Position numbers and translations under genes: made by a program
Notes under the pieces: generated by a model
Seen by the model: the letters and a program-made list of their open reading frames with translations, nothing else
Databases searched by the model: none
Told to the model about the DNA's origin: nothing
Origin: a virus
Virus record (IMG/VR): IMGVR_UViG_3300040971_000196
Coordinates: 1,032-65,031 of that record
DNA length: 64,000 bases
Reading direction: 5' to 3' (one strand)
Shown here: positions 1 to 7,423 of the stretch, one piece after another
Position numbering within the stretch: position 1 is the stretch's first letter
Layout of the letters: the number at the start of each line of letters is the position of its first letter

Positions 1-143
1 GTCATGCGGCGGATGGGCTTTTTGCGCACAGTGACCGGCACAGCCTGCCAGTCCCCATCGCCGCTGGCCTTGTACGTGGCGGGTACGCCAAACTGGCGCA
101 TGAGATCGTCGGCAATCGCCTGCATGTCGGTCGCAATACTCAT
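1..143 (-). CDS. 5' part of a phage protein, possibly head-tail joining/head-closure type; runs off the left edge
   Basis: Hand translation from ATG at 143 gives MSIATDMQAIADDLMRQFGVPATYKASGDGDWQAVPVTVRKK..., open to position 1. The 'L..FG.PATY' pattern resembles head-tail joining proteins. Confidence 0.4.
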   Translation of the reverse strand, partial: MSIATDMQAIADDLMRQFGVPATYKASGDGDWQAVPVTVRKKPIRRM

Positions 144-471
144 TCTTCACTCTCGCCTGGCCGGATCACTCCGCGCCTGTATTTCTTTTTGCAGTTCCGT
201 TTTTCCTGACACATGATCGCCGCCGTTTTGCTGGCGCTGTACCCGAGCTTTCGTTTCATCCGCTTGCGCTTTGCGTGGTTCAAACTTGCTCCTTTAAGTT
301 GGGGCGGGCCGCTTCTTTAAGGCGTCCCGCCCCTGGCGTCGGGTAGTTCCGCGCATAGGCGGTAAAATTTGCCGTGACCCCGGTAATTTACGAAAACCCT
401 GCTCAGGTCCGACACACCGCACACAGGTAGAATTGGATCACCTCCGCACGGGGCCACGGGCTGGACGTTCG

Positions 472-738
472 TCAACGCCGAAAAAACACGAAATAACTGT
501 ACGGATTGAGACTGAGCACCAGTAGTCCGGCACAGGCCTTTGCCCACCCCTGCCAGTCGCCGTTGATTGCCACGACGCACTTGGCCAGGAGCCAATCCGC
601 AAAAATCTTTGTTCGCAACGTGCCGCCCTGCTCGTAAAAAAGATCGTGCTCGTTGCAACATCCCTCTTCCGGCAGCACTATTTTGAGCAGCCCCGCGAGC
701 CATGATATGAGCGTGCAGCCCTTGGTGAGCGTGCTCAT
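472..738 (-). CDS. Phospholipase A2-like small protein, copy 1 (88 aa)
   Basis: ATG at 738 overlaps the holin stop (ATGA). Motifs GCT...GCCNEHDLFYEQGG...ADWLLAKC match the sPLA2 CCxxHDxxY catalytic helix plus a downstream Asp helix. C-terminus is hydrophobic. Confidence 0.7.
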   Translation of the reverse strand: MSTLTKGCTLISWLAGLLKIVLPEEGCCNEHDLFYEQGGTLRTKIFADWLLAKCVVAINGDWQGWAKACAGLLVLSLNPYSYFVFFRR

Positions 739-1151
739 TTCTTGACCTTTTCGAATGTGCGCGACCCGGCGTACCCAAGATAGCCAGCGCCAAACAGCCA
801 CCACATTTCCTCGGGGATCGCGGCCAACCATCCCTTGACGCCAGCGGTCACGGCCATGGCCACATCCGGGCGGAACGCAAACAAGAACCCCATCGGGATT
901 GCCGCAAGGATCATCAAGTACATCACGTACATAAACGAGGGGCGAGCGCGGGAGGTCCAGGGGTCGTTGCTGTTTGCCTCTGCGACGATTGCCGCGAACC
1001 GGGCGTCAAGCTCTTTGAACTCCCCGGCCTGTTGCAGTTCCAGCAATTTGAGCTTGGCCTTTTCCGCCTCGGACTTGTCAGGCCACAGTTTGTCGATGAG
1101 CTTGGAGCCGAAGTCGAAGACTGAGCCGAGGCCTGTGATGTCAAAGCCCAT
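735..1151 (-). CDS. Holin, GTA_holin_3TM-like (138 aa)
   Basis: Likely start is MGFDITGLG at 1151 (TGATG overlap with the endolysin stop). Contains WTSRARP, hydrophobic helices and a GYLGYAGSRTFEKVKK tail; adjacent to endolysin. Confidence 0.8.
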   Translation of the reverse strand: MGFDITGLGSVFDFGSKLIDKLWPDKSEAEKAKLKLLELQQAGEFKELDARFAAIVAEANSNDPWTSRARPSFMYVMYLMILAAIPMGFLFAFRPDVAMAVTAGVKGWLAAIPEEMWWLFGAGYLGYAGSRTFEKVKK

Positions 1152-1678
1152 CAGATCACCTCCATGAGCGAGCGAACCCGGTTGATCCAGCCGTCGAGGA
1201 ATACGCGCCGGGGGTCGCCATTGCGCCCGCGCCGTCCGTACTCTGCCAGCCTGACCGCGCACATGGCGTAGGCAAGAGCCGATGCGTCTGCGTGCTTTAC
1301 GGCGTCCATTGTGCGCGGCCCCATCTTGCCGTCGACAACGACATACGCGGACCCGGCCAGGCGATTGAGCGCGGTTTGGATGCACTGCACGGCGTAGTCA
1401 TGGCCCATGTTGACAGCCGTATCGACTGCGACGGCATTGACCCTGGCAGGGAGCGCCTGCCAAAACCCGGAATATTGAGTGCGGTAAAAATCAGATACGA
1501 GCGAGGCGAAGCCTGGGTCTTCGGCGCGGCCACCGTCCACCCACTCCCACCCGGCCCACTTTGGCCAGTAGCGGCGGGAGATGCCCCACGCGGTCTGACC
1601 GCCCGGGTCGCGAGGGTCATTGTGGACAACGCGCCCCTCCCAGACCATGAGCCAGTTGAAGAATTGTTCCCAGGTCAT
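1151..1678 (-). CDS. Endolysin, glycoside hydrolase family 108 with C-terminal PG_binding_3-like motif
   Basis: N-terminal EGRVVHNDPRDPGGQTAWGIS motif, VDGKMGPRT, and C-terminal FLDGWINRV. Confidence 0.85.
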   Translation of the reverse strand: MTWEQFFNWLMVWEGRVVHNDPRDPGGQTAWGISRRYWPKWAGWEWVDGGRAEDPGFASLVSDFYRTQYSGFWQALPARVNAVAVDTAVNMGHDYAVQCIQTALNRLAGSAYVVVDGKMGPRTMDAVKHADASALAYAMCAVRLAEYGRRGRNGDPRRVFLDGWINRVRSLMEVI

Positions 1679-1953
1679 TTTGCCGCCCTGTCGTTTAAAA
1701 TTCGCTCTTTCTCGGCTTCAGGAATGTCGGAATGGACTATGAGACTCCGGAGCATCCGCATGATGATCCCAGTATCCACGGACTGCTTCTCCTTGATCGC
1801 GCAGATGTCCCGGCAGACGCTCGCGTGGCGCTCATCACAGGCCGTGCGACTCTGGAACCTGGCAGACGAAATGATCCATGTGCCGAGGCCAACAACGCCG
1901 GAGAGTATCGCGCCGCCCATGATGATTTCGAGCCCAGTCAAGTCCATCGTCAC
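1675..1953 (-). CDS. Small single-TM membrane protein of lysis cassette 1
   Basis: N-terminal hydrophobic helix, then C..RH...C and a coiled segment; overlaps the endolysin start. Confidence 0.6.
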   Translation of the reverse strand: MTMDLTGLEIIMGGAILSGVVGLGTWIISSARFQSRTACDERHASVCRDICAIKEKQSVDTGIIMRMLRSLIVHSDIPEAEKERILNDRAAK

Positions 1954-2231
1954 TCCATGTCGCCCGTCAGTTTCGCGCCGAGCTTGCGCCGTATCGTCCG
2001 CATTTCGCCATCTTTGACCCGCTCAAACACCACCGCCGCAAACCCCATCTCCCGCAGCATCCTCGACAACTCGCACTGATCGCTGATCGGGAGCGCACCG
2101 CACGCGGCAGAGACATGCGCCACATCCCCGCACCGCTGGACCGTGGCAACGCCCTCGTAGGGGTCGCCGTACTGCGCATGATCGCCACCGCAGCGGACAG
2201 TCCAGATGATGGGGGTGAGGGTCAGGCTCAC
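1950..2231 (-). CDS. Hypothetical phage protein
   Basis: 93-aa ORF overlapping both neighbours by 4 nt. Confidence 0.55.
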   Translation of the reverse strand: MSLTLTPIIWTVRCGGDHAQYGDPYEGVATVQRCGDVAHVSAACGALPISDQCELSRMLREMGFAAVVFERVKDGEMRTIRRKLGAKLTGDME

Positions 2232-2524
2232 GCCGTCACCACCCCGAGGCTTGCCGTCAGCACATACGTCTCATTGCCCGCGCCGGAGTCGGTGGCCGTA
2301 CACCTGAGCTTGTAGGTGCAACCACTCACTCCAGCCTTGACCCGCTGATAAACGCTCGTTCCACTGATCTGGGGCGCACCATCGAGGAGGTCATTCGGCG
2401 TTGCGTCAGTCCCGGCCAGGAGCTGCACCGTGACCGTGGACGAGGTGATGGCGGACATGGTTGCCGAGTATTGAAACTCAATGGCGTACCGCTCGGCGGT
2501 GTCTTTAGGCTCTAGCGACTTCAT
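2228..2524 (-). CDS. Putative fibre-tail adaptor-like virion protein
   Basis: N-terminal PKDTAERYAIEFQY and beta-rich ...GCTYKLRCTATDS; directly downstream of the spike gene. Confidence 0.5.
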   Translation of the reverse strand: MKSLEPKDTAERYAIEFQYSATMSAITSSTVTVQLLAGTDATPNDLLDGAPQISGTSVYQRVKAGVSGCTYKLRCTATDSGAGNETYVLTASLGVVTA

Positions 2525-4694
2525 ATTTGACTGTCCTCATTCGTGCGGTTGCGCGGACGATGCGGGCGACCTCGGCGGCGGTAATGAGCACGATGTCTGA
2601 GCCATTGAGCGCGGGAGTACCAAGCACCGGGACGCCCACCGTCAAGCCCAGCGCTTCAAGTGTGTGGATCTGGGTAATCAACGGCGACCCAAGCACCGGC
2701 GCACCAGTGACCAGCCCGTCAGAGCCAAGAACGTGAATCTGTCCAATCGCCGGAGTACCCAACACAGGGCTACCCACAACGAGATCAACCGCCGTCAGTG
2801 CGTCAACGTCCGGGGCGTTTTCGGTCAGCAACGGCGTGTCAAGTACAGGCGACCCAACGACCAGCGCGGTGGCCGTTAGCTCATGCACCTGTCCAAGCGC
2901 GGGCGTGCCAAGTATTGGAGCGGAAGTCGTGATGCCCGTTGCGGTCAACGCGTGGACTTGGCCGAGCGCAGGGGTTCCGAGTACGGGGGAGCCGGTTACA
3001 AGGTCGGAGGCGGTGAGATCATGTGTGGCGCTTGCTGATACATATTCCATCGCACCAATGGTTACGCCATCATGCCCTGCGTCTTGCAGCGCAGCGTTTG
3101 TCGGAGCGAAGCCAGCGCGGACCCATGCGACGAGGTCAGCAGGGGTCACGCTAGAGGGAGTTGCACTCTGCGTCATCGTGGCAGGATCATACCCATTCCG
3201 CCGCAGCAACTCACCAACTACCGCCGCGTATGTCTCATCTACCCCTATCTCTGCGCCCCATTTTGCAAGACAGCGTGTTTCGTCAACAAACTGAGGGTTG
3301 ACCGTCGTATCATTTACCGCGCCAGTGATATCAACGCCGTAATACGGAGACACCGCAAGGTTGTGGAAGCAGTTGTAGTCGGAATTTATAGGCTGAGGAG
3401 TAAAATCATTATCCCATACGGAATAATCAAGCGTCGTATCTGACTTTACTGCGCTTATGTTCGATTTTAAGTTCAGTGTTCCTGCGAAATTGCCATTCTC
3501 AGCGAGGAATAAACCCTTATGAACGCCAGTCCCACCGGTTGAAAAGACCGTATTGTGCAGCACATTCATCGTGCCAGTGCCCGTGTTATTACCCACTTGA
3601 TTGAAAAACGACCCGGTGCCTATTGCGAGATTGTCTACAATGTTCATCGTACCGTTCATGGCGGTTGTGCCAGAAACAACGAGGTTAGGCTCTGACCCAT
3701 AAACCTCAAAGACGTTTCGCGCTAAAGACCCGTCTTGTAGCCCACCTCCGCAATGTGGATTGGTAGTCCCTGGCGGAACGTAGAAGTACGAATCATCTAG
3801 CGTAGCACCCGTGAAGCCCTGCCATCCAAAACTGTTAATAAAGTTGTCCGTAGATAGTCCAGACCCCATGAAAATGGCCTGTTGTTTAAGCGGTTTTGTA
3901 GACGTGCCGTAGGCGGAACTCTTCGTGTGTACGCGATCAAAAACGGACCCTGTTGTGTCCCATCCTGTAGAATATACCGCGACACCACTTAGCCCCAAAT
4001 CGCTTGACTGTGAGCATGTATTGCGTAAAAACTCCCTTGCGCCGGTGGTCTTGTCTGTCCCTGACAAAAGGAGTGAGCCTGTATAATTCCTTATGTCGGA
4101 ATCCGTCAGCCTCAAATTTGCCGAGGCGGGGGTGCCGCCGCTCCCTCTCCCTATAACAATGTCCGTGGCGTTTACTATCGTTATGTGCGAGCATTCGCAC
4201 TGATTGACAATTGATGCGGCACCATAAAGATAATTGCAAGACATGTCCCATCGCCCAACAGCGGTAAAGGCAACATATTGCAGTACAATATCCATTTTCG
4301 GGTATGTATAGACAACGCCCCGGACGAAACCACCTGCCCCCGTAACCTTGGCCCAGGCCTCTGCCGTAGATGTATTGCGGAGTCTGCAATTGTTCATCAC
4401 GACATCTGCGCTCACCAGTTCAAGTTCTGACCCTGGCCCGAACGTAAAGCATCCATCCCTCCCGCTACCATTGCCCAGATTGAGATGCCCCGTCATCGTG
4501 AGTTTGGCATTGTTTATCAACCCACCGCCCTGCAACGACTCAACCGTTCCGCCAGCACTAGTTACGTCAGCGGCAATCGTGACCTCATGCCCTGCGGCTA
4601 TGACAAACGTGTCTGTTGAGGTAGGCGCAACGCCACCAACCCACGTCGAGCCGTCAGCAAAATTACCTATAGCCTGTGATGTGATTACTGCCAT
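2505..4694 (-). CDS. Putative tail spike/fibre: beta-helix-like body plus C-terminal 23-aa repeats
   Basis: 729 aa, G/T/S/N-rich with parallel beta-helix-like motifs (HNTVF, SNI, SDYNCFHN, NPQFVD); six HxLTAxxLVTGSPVLGTPALGQV-type repeats at the C-terminus. Confidence 0.6.
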   Translation of the reverse strand: MAVITSQAIGNFADGSTWVGGVAPTSTDTFVIAAGHEVTIAADVTSAGGTVESLQGGGLINNAKLTMTGHLNLGNGSGRDGCFTFGPGSELELVSADVVMNNCRLRNTSTAEAWAKVTGAGGFVRGVVYTYPKMDIVLQYVAFTAVGRWDMSCNYLYGAASIVNQCECSHITIVNATDIVIGRGSGGTPASANLRLTDSDIRNYTGSLLLSGTDKTTGAREFLRNTCSQSSDLGLSGVAVYSTGWDTTGSVFDRVHTKSSAYGTSTKPLKQQAIFMGSGLSTDNFINSFGWQGFTGATLDDSYFYVPPGTTNPHCGGGLQDGSLARNVFEVYGSEPNLVVSGTTAMNGTMNIVDNLAIGTGSFFNQVGNNTGTGTMNVLHNTVFSTGGTGVHKGLFLAENGNFAGTLNLKSNISAVKSDTTLDYSVWDNDFTPQPINSDYNCFHNLAVSPYYGVDITGAVNDTTVNPQFVDETRCLAKWGAEIGVDETYAAVVGELLRRNGYDPATMTQSATPSSVTPADLVAWVRAGFAPTNAALQDAGHDGVTIGAMEYVSASATHDLTASDLVTGSPVLGTPALGQVHALTATGITTSAPILGTPALGQVHELTATALVVGSPVLDTPLLTENAPDVDALTAVDLVVGSPVLGTPAIGQIHVLGSDGLVTGAPVLGSPLITQIHTLEALGLTVGVPVLGTPALNGSDIVLITAAEVARIVRATARMRTVKYEVARA
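2602..3024 (-). repeat. Six ~23-codon coding tandem repeats in the spike gene
   Basis: HDLTASDLVTGSPVLGTPALGQV / HALTATGITTSAPILGTPALGQV / HELTATALVVGSPVLDTPLL... / DALTAVDLVVGSPVLGTPAIGQI / HVLGSDGLVTGAPVLGSPLITQI / HTLEALGLTVGVPVLGTPALNGS. Boundaries approximate. Confidence 0.85.
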
Positions 4695-4762
4695 TACTCC
4701 ACACCTCCCACAGGCTGCACAGTCACACCGCTAGGCGTCATCTCAATAACTGCCGCAACCAT
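4694..4762 (-). CDS. 22-aa translationally coupled minigene (MVAAVIEMTPSGVTVQPVGGVE)
   Basis: TAATG overlaps at both ends (4764-4760 and 4696-4692); fills the gap exactly. Confidence 0.5.
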   Translation of the reverse strand: MVAAVIEMTPSGVTVQPVGGVE

Positions 4763-5142
4763 TACTCGCTCGGAATACGAATATCGAAAGCAGCCAAGGT
4801 GAATGTGTTGCCAGAGGTCACCATCTGCGCAGAGGCGAGGCTTCCAGCAGCCAGCAGCCGAGAGTTGGTCGTGTCGGTCAGCGCCCAATACTGCGCATCG
4901 TCACTGGCCCCGGTGGATGTCGCAGTGATCGTGCCGTCAGTGATCTGGGCGACAGTGACCTTGCGTCCGTTCGGGGATGCGGCGGCCGGTGCGCCGACGC
5001 TTGGCGTCAGTTTGTTTCCTACCGTGTAGGTTGAGGTTGCCTGTGCGTAGGTCGTGGGCAGGGTGTGGCAGATGTCGAGGCGATTGGCCTCGGTGTCCAA
5101 TATAGCAAGGGCTCCGTCTAAAACATGATCTCCAAGTGGCAT
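4762..5142 (-). CDS. Virion/tail-associated structural protein
   Basis: 126 aa, GGAGG SD, T/A-rich beta protein (YWALTD..NSRLL, GNTFTLAAFDI); upstream of the spike gene. Confidence 0.55.
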   Translation of the reverse strand: MPLGDHVLDGALAILDTEANRLDICHTLPTTYAQATSTYTVGNKLTPSVGAPAAASPNGRKVTVAQITDGTITATSTGASDDAQYWALTDTTNSRLLAAGSLASAQMVTSGNTFTLAAFDIRIPSE

Positions 5143-5145
5143 GAT

Positions 5146-5358
5146 TTAATCCTCCAAGTATTTTTTACGTTTAATGTTTGCCTCATACCTTATCATCTCT
5201 TGCATGTCGGCATATGCCTCAGCGTCTACTGGGTCAATCGGGACAAATCCTTTGAGCCTGTCGTCAAGCAGGATTAGTTGTCTCGGTGTATGCCATATGC
5301 TGCATCCTGCCATATATGCGTCGAACGGATTGTGTTTTCCTCTTTCTGAGTATTTCAT
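5146..5358 (-). CDS. Hypothetical protein (70 aa)
   Basis: ATGA overlap with the stop of the PLA2-like gene; its 3' end contains the SD of the next gene. Confidence 0.55.
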   Translation of the reverse strand: MKYSERGKHNPFDAYMAGCSIWHTPRQLILLDDRLKGFVPIDPVDAEAYADMQEMIRYEANIKRKKYLED

Positions 5359-5633
5359 TCAGGCGTTTTCCGTAGCCAAACAATATGTGCATATGGGTTG
5401 AGCGTTACGACAAGAAATCCAAGAGTACCCTTGAAAGAGCCTCGGACACCTCTCCCGTTGATTGCGTGGACACACTGTGCGAGCTTCCAGTCCACCCAAA
5501 CCTTTGTCCAAAAAGATCCACCTTGCTCGTAGAACAAGTCGTGTTCCTGGCAGCACCCGTGCTCACGCAAGATGTGATCTGCAAGAGAAGCGAGCCAAGA
5601 GATGAGGGTGCATCCTTCAGTTAGCTTGCTCAT
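5355..5633 (-). CDS. Phospholipase A2-like small protein, copy 2 (92 aa)
   Basis: ATG at 5633 overlaps the holin stop (ATGA). MSKLTEGCTLISWLA...GCCQEHDLFYEQGG...VDWKLAQCV...LNPY is a clear homolog of 472-738. Confidence 0.7.
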   Translation of the reverse strand: MSKLTEGCTLISWLASLADHILREHGCCQEHDLFYEQGGSFWTKVWVDWKLAQCVHAINGRGVRGSFKGTLGFLVVTLNPYAHIVWLRKTPE

Positions 5634-6058
5634 TTTTTTACAACCTTCTCGTAGGTTCGATAGCCGCCAAGGCCCAGCATGCCCAAGAGGAGCGTCATCA
5701 ATGCCGCAACATCGACAGCCGGCATTATGAACGCAGCCTTGCCAGGAACGAGAGCCTGGACAAGCCCGGTAATAATGGGCTGCAGAAGCAACGCGTAAAG
5801 CAGCCCCATGCCACAAACCCAGCCAATGAATGGCCGCCAGCCGCCACGAAAGTTTGAGCCCGACTGAGCTTCGGCAGTATTCACGTCGACCTGCATGCGG
5901 GCCTTCTCAAGCTCGGCCTCCAGCTCTTTAAATTCACCGGCCTGCGTCATCTTGAAAAGCTCGATCTTGACGCGCTCTGCCTCAACCTTGTCGGGCCAGA
6001 ATTTGTCGATGATTTTTGAACCCATATTGAACACTGCACCCAGTCCTGTGATGTCCAT
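5630..6058 (-). CDS. Holin, GTA_holin_3TM family
   Basis: WRPFIGWVC motif, hydrophobic helices, GMLGLGGYRTYEK tail; N-terminus homologous to holin 1. Confidence 0.85.
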   Translation of the reverse strand: MDITGLGAVFNMGSKIIDKFWPDKVEAERVKIELFKMTQAGEFKELEAELEKARMQVDVNTAEAQSGSNFRGGWRPFIGWVCGMGLLYALLLQPIITGLVQALVPGKAAFIMPAVDVAALMTLLLGMLGLGGYRTYEKVVKK

Positions 6059-6070
6059 GATGTGCTCCGA

Positions 6071-6442
6071 TCAGTATGTCCACATGACGGGCGTGGGTTT
6101 GTCCGGGTCGATGTCAACGTGGATGAAGCTTGAGCCGATACCGATGCGGTCAAAATACGGCATGAGAGCTTTCAGAATCTTGATGCCCTGCGAGCCGTTT
6201 GCGTAGGCAATGTCCACCGCCAGCCCCAGCGTGTGCGAGCTGGTCGGCTTGGCCCCAACGGCCTTGTTGTGTTTCTGACACCGAAAACCGGAGTTGACCT
6301 TGAACGGTACGCCAGCCTTGGCCCTGGCCATATCAAGAGCTGCGACCAGCTGAGGATGCATCTCGCAGCTTCCACAGCCGCATTTGCAGCAGAATTCTTT
6401 AGGCTTGAAATGATGAATTTTTGACCAGTCCATTTTGTCCAT
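6071..6442 (-). CDS. Endolysin, peptidase M15 (M15_3-type)
   Basis: HFKPKEFCCKCGC, SGFRC..HN..VG....SSH..G.AVDI and FIHVD zinc-binding motifs. Confidence 0.9.
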   Translation of the reverse strand: MDKMDWSKIHHFKPKEFCCKCGCGSCEMHPQLVAALDMARAKAGVPFKVNSGFRCQKHNKAVGAKPTSSHTLGLAVDIAYANGSQGIKILKALMPYFDRIGIGSSFIHVDIDPDKPTPVMWTY

Positions 6443-6459
6443 GCCGCACCTCTGCCTGA

Positions 6460-6816
6460 CTATAGGAGAAAAAATCTGATTCGCATATCACGCTCGCCAG
6501 AGAGGACAAAGCGCATCTTGCCATCATATGTGCCGACAATGGGCACACCATGTAGCCCATCAGAGGCAAAGGCCTTACCAGAATCTACCCAAGCCTCGGT
6601 CAATGCGTTACCCGTTGCCGCGTCAACCGCTGCGGGTATTGCGTACTGAAGCTTCACCGTATTCGCAGGAATGGCCTCAACGTCCTCAGCTGCCTCAACA
6701 GCGTCAGCAATGCCAAAGATGACTGCCATGAAGGTTGCAGAAAAGTTGTTTCTTTCCGCAGGAATTGCGAACTCAAAAACGGGAGCGCTTTCTGTTAAAA
6801 CAAACTGAATATCCAT
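6460..6816 (-). CDS. Hypothetical protein in lysis cassette 2
   Basis: 118-aa ORF with G-rich SD. Confidence 0.55.
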   Translation of the reverse strand: MDIQFVLTESAPVFEFAIPAERNNFSATFMAVIFGIADAVEAAEDVEAIPANTVKLQYAIPAAVDAATGNALTEAWVDSGKAFASDGLHGVPIVGTYDGKMRFVLSGERDMRIRFFLL

Positions 6817-6884
6817 AATCCCCCCCCCAGTCCTATTGTAAAAATTTTAATTTTTAATGACACACTTTCAGCAGTAGTCATTTT

Positions 6885-7271
6885 TTACCCATTGAGGCCA
6901 TTCTTAAAGCCGCCATGAGCGCCATTGTTCAAATTTGCAATCATCATGAGAAGTGCATCGCTCTTGTCGTCCTGCCTGCGCATCCATTCAAGAATGTCGC
7001 GTTGATATGCCACTATGCGATCAGTGCATTCTCGTCTGCATAGTGAGCACTCATTTCGCGTCATGGCTTCTTTTCCATACGAGTCCTTTAGGTCGTCAAC
7101 CTTCGTGCCAATATTTGATACCTGCACCTGCAAAGAGTCAAACTTTTGGTCCATCGCAAGTATGTTTCTGCCAACAGAATATTTAAATACGCCGTAGAGC
7201 GCACCTGCAAAGGGGATGGCAATGGCTAGGACCATTCCTGCAATCTGAAAACTTGTAATTGATCCTGTCAC
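6885..7271 (-). CDS. Single-TM coiled-coil membrane protein of lysis cassette 2
   Basis: N-terminal TM helix, coiled coil, ECSLCRREC; GGAG SD before GTG; positional analogue of 1675-1953. Confidence 0.6.
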   Translation of the reverse strand: MTGSITSFQIAGMVLAIAIPFAGALYGVFKYSVGRNILAMDQKFDSLQVQVSNIGTKVDDLKDSYGKEAMTRNECSLCRRECTDRIVAYQRDILEWMRRQDDKSDALLMMIANLNNGAHGGFKNGLNG

Positions 7272-7298
7272 TATGATCTCCGTTTGATTTTTGAAGTG

Positions 7299-7336
7299 GC
7301 TGGCCAGAAAACGGACATTCTGGCCAGCAGTTTTTT
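7299..7336 (+). terminator. Hairpin with T-tract on the + strand (antisense to the surrounding genes)
   Basis: Stem GCTGGCCAGAA / TTCTGGCCAGC followed by AGTTTTTT. Confidence 0.5.
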
Positions 7337-7423
7337 CAGGAGGAGCTTGAAAACTGCCTTTGACGCTGCCCGTTGACTCAAGTCGTAGGGACTCAGCATT
7401 TTTTTGGCAAACTTCTTTGACGA

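Noticed and set aside
317..475. Possible 52-aa ORF (TTG start) after PLA2-like copy 1 as an o-spanin
   Set aside because: No signal peptide or lipobox, and coding status is uncertain.
735..1385. 216-aa version of holin 1, and the N-terminally extended PLA2-like ORFs (472-831, 5355-5816)
   Set aside because: The extensions overlap upstream genes; paralog alignment and stop/start overlaps support starts at 1151, 738 and 5633.
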